Assembly: GCA_963796685.1 (NCBI GenBank)
Contig: CAWCMR010000008.1
Span: forward strand, 480,001 to 544,000
Reading direction: 5' to 3'
Source: an uncultured delta proteobacterium
GTDB lineage: Bacteria > Myxococcota_A > Polyangia > Fen-1088
Length of the DNA: 64,000 nucleotides
Shown: positions 18,657 to 27,699 of the stretch, piece after piece
Numbering within the stretch: the stretch's first letter is position 1
How the letters are laid out: every line of letters begins with the position of its first letter
Translations under genes and position numbers: made by a program
Notes under the pieces: model-generated
What the model was told of the DNA's origin: nothing
Database searches by the model: none
What the model saw: only the letters and a program-made list of their open reading frames with translations

Positions 18657-20776
18657 TCGTCGGATTGCATGGCCTGGCGCGGGCTGACCCGCATGGCGAT
18701 GAGGCCGGGGTAGATGCTGGAGGCGCCGCTGACCACGAGCACGATGGCGAGCGCGATGGCGACGTTGGCGACGGACATGCCGGGGTGCAGGCGCGGGCCG
18801 GAGAAGAAGAAGTAGAAGATGTCGTTGGAAGCGGGAATGCCGACTATGCGCAAAATGGCCACGATGCCGGCGCCCAGCGCCGAGCCGATGCCGCCGAAAA
18901 GGGCGCCGACGGCAAGGGCTTCGACGAGCAGCATACCGAGCAAGAACCGGCGTTGCGCACCGACGGCGCGCAAGGTGCCGATTTCGGCGATGCGCTCCAG
19001 CGTGGTCATGACCAGCGCATTGTTGATGACCACCAAGGCGACCGCGAAAATGATGAGGACCGAGATGTAGAGCACGTAGCGAATCATGGTGACGAACTGC
19101 CCGACCAGGCCGGACGCCTTCTGCCAGTCGATGGCCTTCAAGGTCATGCCCGCCTTGGTTCCGGCGGCCTCGATGTCCTTCATCGTCTGCGGGATGTGCC
19201 GCGGATCCTTGACGATGACCGCGGCGTTGAGCACCACGCCCTGCTCAAGCTGGGCCGGATCGTAGGTCTGGTCTTCGCGGCGTTCCCGCTGGCTCTTGCC
19301 CGCAAGGCCGCGCAGAACGGCGTCCGCGTCCTCGTCGGCGACCGCAGCCGCCGGCGCTTCCGTCTCGGCCCCGCTTTCCTTGGTACCGAACAGCTCGGCC
19401 TCGGCGTTGTCGCGATCGATTTCCTTGAGCCCGGCAGCGGCCTTGATGGCCTGGATCTCCCGATCGCGCTCGGGCGTGGAGAAGCCGTACAGCTCGCGGA
19501 AGGACACCAGGTCCATCAGGTTGAGGTTGCCCGCCAGGTGGGAATCCTCGAGCCCCTCGAAGGCGAAGGTGCCGTACACGCGCAGGTTCACCGACTGCAC
19601 GTAACCTCGCTTGGTGAAGGCCTTGATGGTAAGGGTGTCGCCCACCCGCACGCGGTACAAGGTCAGCGACGGCGCCAGCTCGTCGTAGAAGAACTTGTAC
19701 CGGCTCATGACGTTGGCATCGTCGACACGAAAGAATCCGGCCAGCAGTTTGCCGACGTCGTCTTCCTGGCTGCCGAGCTCCTTGCGCAGCTTGCTGCGGA
19801 ACGTGGCGGTCTGCTGCCCGTCGAGCTGGAGCATGATCTCCTTCACCTCGGTCGCGTTCTGCTTCACCAGGCGTTGCAGATCGGGATCGGTGGCGATCTT
19901 CTTTCCGCGTTTGAGGATGGCGTCGTGGATGACATCGAGCCGGTGCGCGGTCTTGAGCTTGACCTGCTCCTCGTACATGAACTTGGAGAAGAGGAATCCG
20001 CGCTTGCCCGGGGGAATGGTCGTTCCATCGACGATCTTCATGCGGTCGAAGGACTTGGCGAAGGCCGTCGGATCGGTGCCGATGTAGCGCAGGAACAGCA
20101 TGTCCGCGTCGCTGGCCAGGGGTGCGATCCGGTTTTCGAGGAATTCCAGCGTGCCCAGGGGATCCTTGTCGAATTCGCCCCAGAAATTCGGCGCCGTGGC
20201 GCGACGGATCGCCGCCAACTCCTCGGGGGCCACCGCCTTGTCGGTCAGGACCTTGCCCACGTTGGCCATGTCGGCGGCGAGCACGCTCACGATCTGGCGC
20301 ACGTGATCCTTCTGCGACTCGATGGCGGCGTGCACGTCCTGGCCGGCCTGCTGGCGGCGGACGAGGTCGCGCAGCTTCTCCAACACCACATCGACGGAGT
20401 TGCCCGCCGGTACCATGGCGCCCGACAGGCCCATGGGCACCACCGCCTTCACGTTGGGCACCGACAGCAAGGTCGCGCGCATGGTCTTGAAATCGTCGAT
20501 CTGCTCCAGATCCGCCCCTTCCATCTGGAAGCTGCCCATCACCGCCAGCTCGTCGGCCGACTTGGCGTTGTAGACCTGGATGTGCCCGGCCACCGAGCCG
20601 ATGATACTGCGGCTCATGGACGCGTCCACGCTGTCCACGAGCGCGGTGCCGACCACGACCAGCATGGAGCCGAACAGGATGATGCCGCCCACGATCAGCG
20701 TCTTGAGCCGGCTCGCGAACAGGTTGCGGAAGGCGATGAGCAGAATCACCTTCAACGTGTCGACGTATCCGCGCAT
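18653..20776 (-). CDS. ABC transporter permease, FtsX/LolE family, with enlarged periplasmic domain (707 aa)
   Basis: IAFRNL, GHIQV, LERIAEIGTLRAVG and C-terminal TM helices. Confidence 0.9.
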   Translation of the reverse strand: MRGYVDTLKVILLIAFRNLFASRLKTLIVGGIILFGSMLVVVGTALVDSVDASMSRSIIGSVAGHIQVYNAKSADELAVMGSFQMEGADLEQIDDFKTMRATLLSVPNVKAVVPMGLSGAMVPAGNSVDVVLEKLRDLVRRQQAGQDVHAAIESQKDHVRQIVSVLAADMANVGKVLTDKAVAPEELAAIRRATAPNFWGEFDKDPLGTLEFLENRIAPLASDADMLFLRYIGTDPTAFAKSFDRMKIVDGTTIPPGKRGFLFSKFMYEEQVKLKTAHRLDVIHDAILKRGKKIATDPDLQRLVKQNATEVKEIMLQLDGQQTATFRSKLRKELGSQEDDVGKLLAGFFRVDDANVMSRYKFFYDELAPSLTLYRVRVGDTLTIKAFTKRGYVQSVNLRVYGTFAFEGLEDSHLAGNLNLMDLVSFRELYGFSTPERDREIQAIKAAAGLKEIDRDNAEAELFGTKESGAETEAPAAAVADEDADAVLRGLAGKSQRERREDQTYDPAQLEQGVVLNAAVIVKDPRHIPQTMKDIEAAGTKAGMTLKAIDWQKASGLVGQFVTMIRYVLYISVLIIFAVALVVINNALVMTTLERIAEIGTLRAVGAQRRFLLGMLLVEALAVGALFGGIGSALGAGIVAILRIVGIPASNDIFYFFFSGPRLHPGMSVANVAIALAIVLVVSGASSIYPGLIAMRVSPRQAMQSDE

Positions 20777-21520
20777 CTAGGTAGCCCTCGCGCTTGGCAG
20801 GTTGCCCACGCCCCCCACGCGCACGGCCTCCTCGGCGCTGACCCGATCCACCATCTGTCCGTCGGCCAGGCGCACGACCGAGCTGGCGTAGGACCAGACC
20901 CTGGCGTCGTGGGTCGAGAAGATGAAGGTCGTCCGCTCGGTACGGTTCAGCTCTTTCATCAAATCGAGGATGTTGGTGCCGGTGACCGAGTCCAGGTTCG
21001 CGGTGGGCTCGTCGGCGAGCACCAGTTGCGGACGCGTGACGAGCGCCCGCGCGATGGCCACGCGCTGGCGCTGCCCGCCCGAAAGCTCGCTCGGCCGGTG
21101 GGTGGAATACTCGCGAATGCCGACCCGGTCGAGCAAGGCCTCGACGCGCGTGCGTCGCTCTTTCGCGCCCGCCGAGCGCTGAAGCAAGAGCGGCAGCTCG
21201 ATGTTCTGAAACACGCTGAGCACCGACACCAGGTTGAAGCTCTGGAAGATGAACCCGATGGTATGCAGGCGCAGCCGCGTGAGCTGGCGCTCGGACATGG
21301 TCTCGGTGGCGTTTCCCGCGATGCGCACGACGCCCGCGCTGGGAGTGTCCACGCAGCCGATGAGGTTGAGCAGCGTGGTCTTGCCGCTGCCCGAGGGGCC
21401 CGCGATGGCGAGGAACTCGCCTTCCTCGACGTCCAGCGAGACCCCGCGCAAGGCCGGCACGACGAACGTGCCAAGGGTGTAGTTCTTGAAAACCTGCTGT
21501 ACGGAAACGATATGTGTCAT
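20777..21520 (-). CDS. ABC transporter ATP-binding protein, LolD/MacB family
   Basis: GPSGSGKT, IGFIFQSFNL, LSGGQRQR, LADEPTANLD, STHD. Confidence 0.96.
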   Translation of the reverse strand: MTHIVSVQQVFKNYTLGTFVVPALRGVSLDVEEGEFLAIAGPSGSGKTTLLNLIGCVDTPSAGVVRIAGNATETMSERQLTRLRLHTIGFIFQSFNLVSVLSVFQNIELPLLLQRSAGAKERRTRVEALLDRVGIREYSTHRPSELSGGQRQRVAIARALVTRPQLVLADEPTANLDSVTGTNILDLMKELNRTERTTFIFSTHDARVWSYASSVVRLADGQMVDRVSAEEAVRVGGVGNLPSARAT

Positions 21521-21550
21521 GGTCTTACCAGTCGGTGGGTTGTCTCGATC

Positions 21551-21628
21551 CGCTGTCTCTTCGTCGCTGTCTATTCGTCGCTGTCTCTTCGTCGCTGTCT
21601 ATTCGTCGCTGTCTATTCGTCGCTGTCT
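21551..21628. repeat. 14-bp tandem repeat CGCTGTCT(C/A)TTCGT, about 5.6 copies
   Basis: Directly visible; duplicates the last codons and stop of the PadR gene. Confidence 0.92.
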
Positions 21629-22298
21629 TCGGCCACGTCGTCGGCAAGCAGGCGATAGAGCGCCTTGCGGGCCTGGTTGAGGATCTTCTGCGCCTCGCGA
21701 ATTTGCATGCTCGATCCGGTGTGGACAACTTGAATGGTCGCGGCCGCGATGTGTTTCAGCTCGGCAAACAGTCCTAGCATAGGATCGTCGCTGGCGGTCT
21801 GGCTCGCTGCCTCCCAGGGCGCCGCGAATTCATCCGGGTGTTCCTGCACATGGCTACGCCCTTTTTCGGTCAAGTGGAAGGTGCGCCCGCCGGATGGCTC
21901 TCCGCGCAGACCAGTCCTTCATCCTCCAGTTGTTGCAAGGCCGGATACACGGCACCCGGGCTTGGCCGCCAGGAACCGCGGCTGCGCTGTTCCAGCTCTT
22001 GCATAATCTGGTAGCCGTTGAGCGGCTTTTCCGCGAGCAGCGACAGAATCGCCGCGCGCACGTCGCCGCGCTTGGCCCGCGCCTTGCGGAAGAAATTCCA
22101 CGGGAACCCGCCAAAGGGCGGAAACGGTGGCGATCCGCCGCCTGCGCCACCTGCGCCAGAGCCCCCACCGAAGCCGCCAAAGTTGAATGGACCACCACCG
22201 TGCCCATGCCCCATGGCCCAAACCCCGTGGCCGCAGACAGCACGGCCGGCCCACATGCCCGCTTTGCTCCTCAGATACTCTCGAGTGTGTTCTTCCAA
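21613..22298 (-). pseudogene. PadR-family transcriptional regulator, 1-bp frameshift at ~21900
   Basis: RGDVRAAILSLL..P.NGYQIM, WRPSPGAVYPALQQLEDEGLV continue in another frame as GRTFHLTEKGR...ARKALYRLLA. The start could be ATG 22256. Confidence 0.85.
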
Positions 22299-22335
22299 GG
22301 TTGAACGCCCCAGCGCGTGTATCGCGACCCCTCTA

Positions 22336-22374
22336 GATGCATCGTAGATATATCGTTATCTTCGATTGGGTCAA
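22336..22374 (-). promoter_or_regulatory. putative PadR promoter/operator (TTGACC -35; palindromes GATATATC and GATGCATC)
   Basis: AT-rich patch with TTGACC at 22374-22369 and palindromes overlapping the expected -10. Confidence 0.5.
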
Positions 22375-22422
22375 GCCTAAAGATCACTGGCAAGCGCCAT
22401 ACCGGGCCAATCACGAACTGCG

Positions 22423-23027
22423 TCACATCCCGGTGCCCGGACCTGCCGATGCAAAGCGGAAGCTGAAGTCGCCAATGCGCAACCCGGGATCCGGAAAGCA
22501 GTCAGGACGAAGGCGAACATGACTTTCCTCGTCGTAGCGGCGGATTTCACAGCGCGAATGCAAGCGCAGCTCGTCACGCACACGGTCCGAGGTGCGTGGA
22601 TCGACCACGATCCAATCGTAGCCGTGCAGGGCGACCCGATTGCGCAGAAAGTCTGCCAGCTCTCCCGGCACAGGAAAAAGCCCGATGCAGTCGTGATCCG
22701 TGGCCGCCAGGTGAAAAGGATGGCGAGCAAGGCGAACCCCCGGGAAACCAGGCGCGTGACGGATACAGGATCCAGCCCCGTGACCACATGAACGAGCTTG
22801 AGCACGAGGACGTAACCCAAGTAGCCCAGAGGATGGGGTTGGAAGTGAATGATGTCGAAACGCGAAATCGCCAGGGCCAGATTGGTGTCGTCGCAGTCCA
22901 GGGCATAGCGGCCGGCCAAGCCGTGGAAGAGCGCCATCGCCAGGCTCAGAATCGCTCCCAGGAAGACCAACTCGGTCAGCCAGCGGGGAGAGCTATGAGG
23001 ATGTGGAACGGGCTCGGATTCCGCCAT
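22423..23027 (-). pseudogene. internally deleted membrane glycosyltransferase (GT-C/DUF2723-like)
   Basis: N-terminal DDTNLALAISRFDI.HFQPHPLGY motif and 2-3 TM helices; abrupt junction near 22705 to a different-frame C-terminal fragment ending at 22423. Confidence 0.6.
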
Positions 23028-23107
23028 GGCGGTCCAAAATCAATGTACCAGCGGGCGACGACGCGACCAACGGATACTTGACCGAGCAGCGGGCGAGGAC
23101 TGACCGG

Positions 23108-23182
23108 CACTATCCCATCGATGCCGTGTTTGGCTCGCTGCTGTCCGCGACGGCGATCGCGGTCGGTGGGCTGGCGTGGTGA
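23108..23182 (+). pseudogene. C-terminal remnant of a PAP2-family membrane phosphatase
   Basis: Manual translation HYPIDAVFGSLLSATAIAVGGLAW* matches the PAP2 HYxxDxxxG motif plus a TM helix; no upstream body. Confidence 0.45.
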
Positions 23183-23242
23183 ATGTCGTGAAAGATCACC
23201 GAATCTGTCGACGACAGGCCCGGCTTCCAGTAGAAATCGGGC

Positions 23243-25060
23243 ATGTCCGAGTTTCTCAAGGATCTGAAGCGTACCCATGACTGCGGCGCCCTGCGCGGCG
23301 CCGACATCGGTTCGACCGTCGTGCTGTTCGGTTGGGTTTCTTCCCGGCGCGATCACGGCGGCTGCGTATTCATCGATTTGCGCGACCGCGCCGGCATCAC
23401 GCAAATCGTGTTCGAGCCGCAAACCAACGCCGAGGCCCACAAGTTGGCCAGCGAGCTGCGCTCGGAATTCTGCGTCGGGCTGCGCGGCGTGGTCCACGAC
23501 CGCGGCGAGCGACGCAACCCCAACCTGCCCACCGGCGACGTGGAGATCCACTGCACCGACCTCACCATCTTCTCGCGCTCGGACACCCCGCCCTTCGAGA
23601 TCGGCGATAGCACCGCCAACGAATCCATCCGGCTCAAGTACCGCGCCCTGGACCTGCGCCGGCCGTCGCTGCAGAAGAACTTCGTTCTGCGCTCGCAAAT
23701 CTACCAGACCGCCCGCCGCGTGCTCACGCAACACAAGTTTCTGGAGATCGAAACGCCCTTCCTGGTCAAGTACACCCCCGGCGGCGCACGCAACTTCCTC
23801 GTGCCGTCGCGCCTGTCGCCAGGCCAGTTCTATGCCTTGGCCGAATCGCCCCAGCTCTTCAAGCAGCTGTTCATGGTGGCGGGCTTCGACCGCTACTTCC
23901 AGATCGTCCGCTGCTTTCGCGACGAGGACTTGCGCCAGGATCGCCAGCCCGAGTTCACCCAGATCGACGCCGAGATGAGCTTCGTCGTCGAAGAAGACGT
24001 GCAAAACGTCTTCGAGGATCTGATGCGCGCGCTGTGGAAGGACATCCTCGGCATCGACCTGCAGACGCCATTCCCGCGCCTGTCCTACGCCGAGGCCATG
24101 GACAGCTATGGTTCCGACAAGCCCGATCTTCGCTTCGGCCTGCCCCTGTGCGATGTCACCGAGGTCGTGCGCAAACACGATGGCGGCAACGTCGAGATGC
24201 TGAGGCAGGTGATTTCGGGCAAGTCCGCGGGCGGCGAGGCACCGGTGGTCAAGGGCTGGCGCCTGCCGGCGGCCGAAGCGGCCAAGATGTCGAACGCCGA
24301 AATCGACAAGCTGGAGGAGTTCGTCAAGGGACTCGGCGCGCGCGGCCTGGCCCGCGCCCGCATCGGCGCCGGCGGGGCGTGGACCCGCTCGCCCATGAAG
24401 ACCATGAGCGAAGCCTTGCGCGTGGATCTGAACCAAGCCGCGGGCTTGCAAGAAGGCGATGTCTTCTTCCTGCAATTCGGAGCGCGCAAGCTCGTCTACA
24501 CCGTACTCGGCGCCCTCCGCCTGCACGTGGCGAACAAGCTCGGCATCATCCCGGCCAACCAGTGGAAATTCTGCTGGGTCAATGCCTTCCCGCTCTTCGA
24601 ACGCAGCGACGACGGCAAGATGGTCGCCGCCCACCACCCGTTCACCTCTCCGTTCGCGGAAGACATGGAACGCCTCGAGTCCGATCCAGGCTCCGTGCGC
24701 GCGCGTGCCTACGACCTCGTGCTCAACGGCAACGAGATCGCGGGCGGGTCCATCCGTATCCACCAAAGCGACGTGCAATCGCGCGTGTTCCGCGCGCTCG
24801 GCTTTACCGACGAGGACGCTCGCACAAAATTCGGGTTTCTACTCGATGCCTTCCGCCATGGGCCACCGCCTCACGGCGGCATCGCGGCCGGGCTCGACAG
24901 GCTGGCCATGCTCCTATGTGGCGCGGATTCCCTGCGTGACGTCATTGCCTTCCCCAAGACCCAAAAGGGAACCGACCTTTGTACCGATGCGCCTTCCACC
25001 GTGGCGAACAAGCAGCTCGACGAGCTGCACATCGCCCTGGTTGGGGTCGAGCCGCAGTAG
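23243..25060 (+). CDS. aspS: aspartate--tRNA ligase (probably non-discriminating)
   Basis: RRDHGG..FIDLRD, RYFQIVRCFRDEDLR.DRQPEFTQID, HHPFT, AYDLVLNG.E..GGS.RIH, PPHGG.A.GLDR. Confidence 0.98.
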   Translation: MSEFLKDLKRTHDCGALRGADIGSTVVLFGWVSSRRDHGGCVFIDLRDRAGITQIVFEPQTNAEAHKLASELRSEFCVGLRGVVHDRGERRNPNLPTGDVEIHCTDLTIFSRSDTPPFEIGDSTANESIRLKYRALDLRRPSLQKNFVLRSQIYQTARRVLTQHKFLEIETPFLVKYTPGGARNFLVPSRLSPGQFYALAESPQLFKQLFMVAGFDRYFQIVRCFRDEDLRQDRQPEFTQIDAEMSFVVEEDVQNVFEDLMRALWKDILGIDLQTPFPRLSYAEAMDSYGSDKPDLRFGLPLCDVTEVVRKHDGGNVEMLRQVISGKSAGGEAPVVKGWRLPAAEAAKMSNAEIDKLEEFVKGLGARGLARARIGAGGAWTRSPMKTMSEALRVDLNQAAGLQEGDVFFLQFGARKLVYTVLGALRLHVANKLGIIPANQWKFCWVNAFPLFERSDDGKMVAAHHPFTSPFAEDMERLESDPGSVRARAYDLVLNGNEIAGGSIRIHQSDVQSRVFRALGFTDEDARTKFGFLLDAFRHGPPPHGGIAAGLDRLAMLLCGADSLRDVIAFPKTQKGTDLCTDAPSTVANKQLDELHIALVGVEPQ

Positions 25061-25333
25061 CGCCCAAGCTCCGAATGCAGTCGGCTTCATTGATGTATTC
25101 AGGAGCCGATAGGCCTCAATAGCGCCAGGCACGTAGCGGCATTCAGCGCGCAAGACCGACATCGACTGCGAATGCGCCTACGCACCCGAGAGGCACTAGA
25201 TGCGTACCTGCGCTCCGCCGACCTTACAGATGAGAATCCCCGCTGCGTAGACTTCTTCGCGCCAAAATGCGCGTCGCGCTACATAATCGTGTCCTTTCGG
25301 TGTGTTACGACTCTGTGTCAAGAGTGTGTCAGC

Positions 25334-25349
25334 TGGCACATGTCCTGCT
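25334..25349 (+). promoter_or_regulatory. sigma-54 (-24/-12) promoter
   Basis: TGGCACATGTCCTGCT is an exact GG-N10-GC spacing, one mismatch from TGGCAC-N5-TTGCW. Confidence 0.7.
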
Positions 25350-25382
25350 TAGGCCAGGGGCAACCTCTTGGGAGGAGGAAAA

Positions 25383-25577
25383 ATGTCACAAGCCCTCGCA
25401 ACCGTGCAAACCGAAACGCCAATCATCAACCGTGAACGGGCGCTCCGAATCCTTTCTAAGTCGCTGTACAAGGATCTGCGACAAAATGGTTACGAGCCGA
25501 AACAAATCGTGGCACTCGCCAGCGAGCTTATCGCGCAGGTCACCACGGATATCTCGGACCAGAGCACGCTCGCCTAG
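25383..25577 (+). CDS. small hypothetical protein (64 aa)
   Basis: Strong GGAGGAGG SD, own promoter and terminator; amphipathic helices (ILSKSLYKDLRQNGY...IVALASELI). Confidence 0.8.
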   Translation: MSQALATVQTETPIINRERALRILSKSLYKDLRQNGYEPKQIVALASELIAQVTTDISDQSTLA

Positions 25578-25597
25578 CTCATTATTTGTTTTGATGC

Positions 25598-25633
25598 ATC
25601 AAAAGGGAGACCCTCGGGTCTCCTTTTGATTTT
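25598..25633. terminator. intrinsic terminator, probably bidirectional
   Basis: ATCAAAAGGGAGACCC-TC-GGGTCTCCTTTTGATTTT hairpin with A and T tracts. Confidence 0.85.
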
Positions 25634-25705
25634 CAGGCCCCAACCACCCTCCCAAGCCTAATACCCTGGAAAGTCCTCGTACTTCCGTGTAGAAGCGGCC
25701 CTCTC

Positions 25706-26890
25706 ATGGCGGCAAAGAGCATTGCCGAATTGGACCTCCAGGGTCGAAGGGTGTTCATACGCGTGGACTTCAACGTCCCGCTCACCCCGGCCGGAGGCGT
25801 GTCCGATGCAACCCGCATCCGCGAAAGCCTGCCGACCATCACCCACGCCATCGAGCGTGGCGCTCGCGTCGTGCTGGCATCGCATCTCGGCCGCCCCAAG
25901 GGACGGGTCAAGCCCGAATTCTCCTTGCTGCCGGTCGCCGCCTACCTGGCCGAGACGCTCGGCCGCGACGTCGTCTTGGCCGACGAGCCGGCCGGCGATG
26001 GCGCCAAGAAGGTCGTGAACGACCTGCGCGATGGCGGGGTGGCCATCCTGGAGAACCTGCGTTTCACGCCCGGCGAAGAAGCCAACGACGAAGGCTTCTC
26101 GCGCATGCTTGCCACCTACGCCGACGTCTATGTCAACGACGCCTTCGGCACCGCCCACCGGGCGCATGCCTCTACCGTCGGGATGGTCAAATACGTCGCG
26201 AGCAAAGGAATGGGCTTCCTCATGGATCGGGAAGCCAAGATGCTGGGCAAGCTCCTCGGCGAGGTCCAGCGACCTTTCGTGGCCATCATCGGTGGCGCCA
26301 AGGTCGCGGACAAGATCGGGCTCCTCGAAAGCCTGCTGGGTCGCGCCGATGCCGTGTGTTTGGGCGGCGCCATGGCCAACACCTTCCTGTGTGCGAAAGG
26401 CGCCAACATGGGCCGATCGCTGGTTGAATCGAGCAAGCTGCCTATCGCGCGCGCGTTCCTGGCCAAAGCGGAAACCAGCGGGGTGAGGATTGTTCTGCCG
26501 CGCGACCTGGTGGTGGCCGAAGATGCCAAGGCCGAATCCGGGACCGTGGTGCCAAGCACCAGCGTGCCCGGCGACCAAGCGGCGCTCGACATCGGTCCCG
26601 AGTCGGCGGCCGAGATTGCAGCGGTCCTTTCTCGCGCGCGCACCGTGTTCTGGAACGGTCCCATGGGGGTGTGCGAAGCTCAGCCCTTCGCCGCGGGGAC
26701 CATCGCCGTGGCCAAGGCCATGGCGCAGGTGATGGGCGGAACCACCGTGGTCGGGGGCGGCGATTCGGTCGCCGCCGTCCATCGGACCGGCGTCGCCAAC
26801 AGCATCACGCACATCTCCACGGGCGGAGGCGCCTCGCTCGAATTCCTCGAAGGTAAGAAACTCCCGGGGCTTGCCGCCCTGGAATCATGA
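25706..26890 (+). CDS. pgk: phosphoglycerate kinase
   Basis: RVDFNVP, SHLGRP, LENLRF, NDAFGTAHR.H, WNGPMG, GGGDS, STGGGASLE. Confidence 0.98.
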   Translation: MAAKSIAELDLQGRRVFIRVDFNVPLTPAGGVSDATRIRESLPTITHAIERGARVVLASHLGRPKGRVKPEFSLLPVAAYLAETLGRDVVLADEPAGDGAKKVVNDLRDGGVAILENLRFTPGEEANDEGFSRMLATYADVYVNDAFGTAHRAHASTVGMVKYVASKGMGFLMDREAKMLGKLLGEVQRPFVAIIGGAKVADKIGLLESLLGRADAVCLGGAMANTFLCAKGANMGRSLVESSKLPIARAFLAKAETSGVRIVLPRDLVVAEDAKAESGTVVPSTSVPGDQAALDIGPESAAEIAAVLSRARTVFWNGPMGVCEAQPFAAGTIAVAKAMAQVMGGTTVVGGGDSVAAVHRTGVANSITHISTGGGASLEFLEGKKLPGLAALES

Positions 26891-26913
26891 AGTAGAAAGG
26901 AGTCTCGATAGCA

Positions 26914-27699
26914 ATGTCTAATCCGCGCGTTCCTCGACCCTTTTTCTGTGGCAACTGGAAACTGTGGGGCACCCTGTCCGAGTCCGTGACTCTGGCCACC
27001 GGCGTTCGCGATGCCGTCGCGGCCGTCACCGGGGCCGATGTCGCGGTAGGACCGGGATTCGTGGCCCTGGCGACCGTTGCCGAGAAGCTCAAGGGCAGCT
27101 CGCTCGGCGTGGCGTCGCAGGACGGGTATTGGGAAATCAAAGGCGCGTTTACGGGAGAAGTCGCCATGGCCCAGATCGCCGATGCCGGCGTTCGCTACGC
27201 CATCGTGGGGCACTCCGAGCGACGCCAGTATTTCCACGAGACGGATGAGACGGTCGCGCGCAAGGCGAAGGCCGCGCTGGCCCACGGGCTCGTGCCCATC
27301 ATCTGCATCGGCGAAACCCTTTCCGAGCGCGATGCTGGCCAGGCGCTTGCGATAGTGGCCAAGCAGCTCATCGGGGCAACCTCCGCGCTCAGCGATGACG
27401 AGCTCGTCAAGTCGGTCATCGCCTACGAGCCCGTGTGGGCCATCGGCACGGGCCGCGTGGCGACACCGGCGCAAGCCCAGGAGGTTCATGCGTCGATCCG
27501 AGCGAACCTCACGCAGCGCCTGCAGACGCGCGCGCAGCAGATCCGCATTCTCTACGGCGGCAGTGTGAAGCCCGACAACATCGCCGTGCTCATGAAGGAA
27601 GAAGACATCGATGGCGCCCTGGTCGGAGGCGCGTCGCTTACGGTGGATTCGTTCGCCAAGATTGTCACTGAAGGGGTTGCCGCGTGTACACGTTCCTAA
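26914..27699 (+). CDS. tpiA: triosephosphate isomerase
   Basis: [38 protein letters not shown]. Confidence 0.98.
   Translation: MSNPRVPRPFFCGNWKLWGTLSESVTLATGVRDAVAAVTGADVAVGPGFVALATVAEKLKGSSLGVASQDGYWEIKGAFTGEVAMAQIADAGVRYAIVGHSERRQYFHETDETVARKAKAALAHGLVPIICIGETLSERDAGQALAIVAKQLIGATSALSDDELVKSVIAYEPVWAIGTGRVATPAQAQEVHASIRANLTQRLQTRAQQIRILYGGSVKPDNIAVLMKEEDIDGALVGGASLTVDSFAKIVTEGVAACTRS

Noticed and set aside
21551-21628. Possible CRISPR or mini-array
   Set aside because: 14-bp units abut with no unique spacers, and there are no cas genes.
18665-21658. 997-aa plus-strand ORF, and similar long ORFs at 14785, 22976, 44301 and 46046
   Set aside because: Antisense shadows of real high-GC genes with no domain motifs (only the first ~120 aa of 46046..48841 hold the transposase remnant).
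25196-25256. Minus-strand EVYAAGILICKVGGAQVRI* resembling an AbiEi antitoxin fragment
   Set aside because: Too short and degenerate to support without a search.
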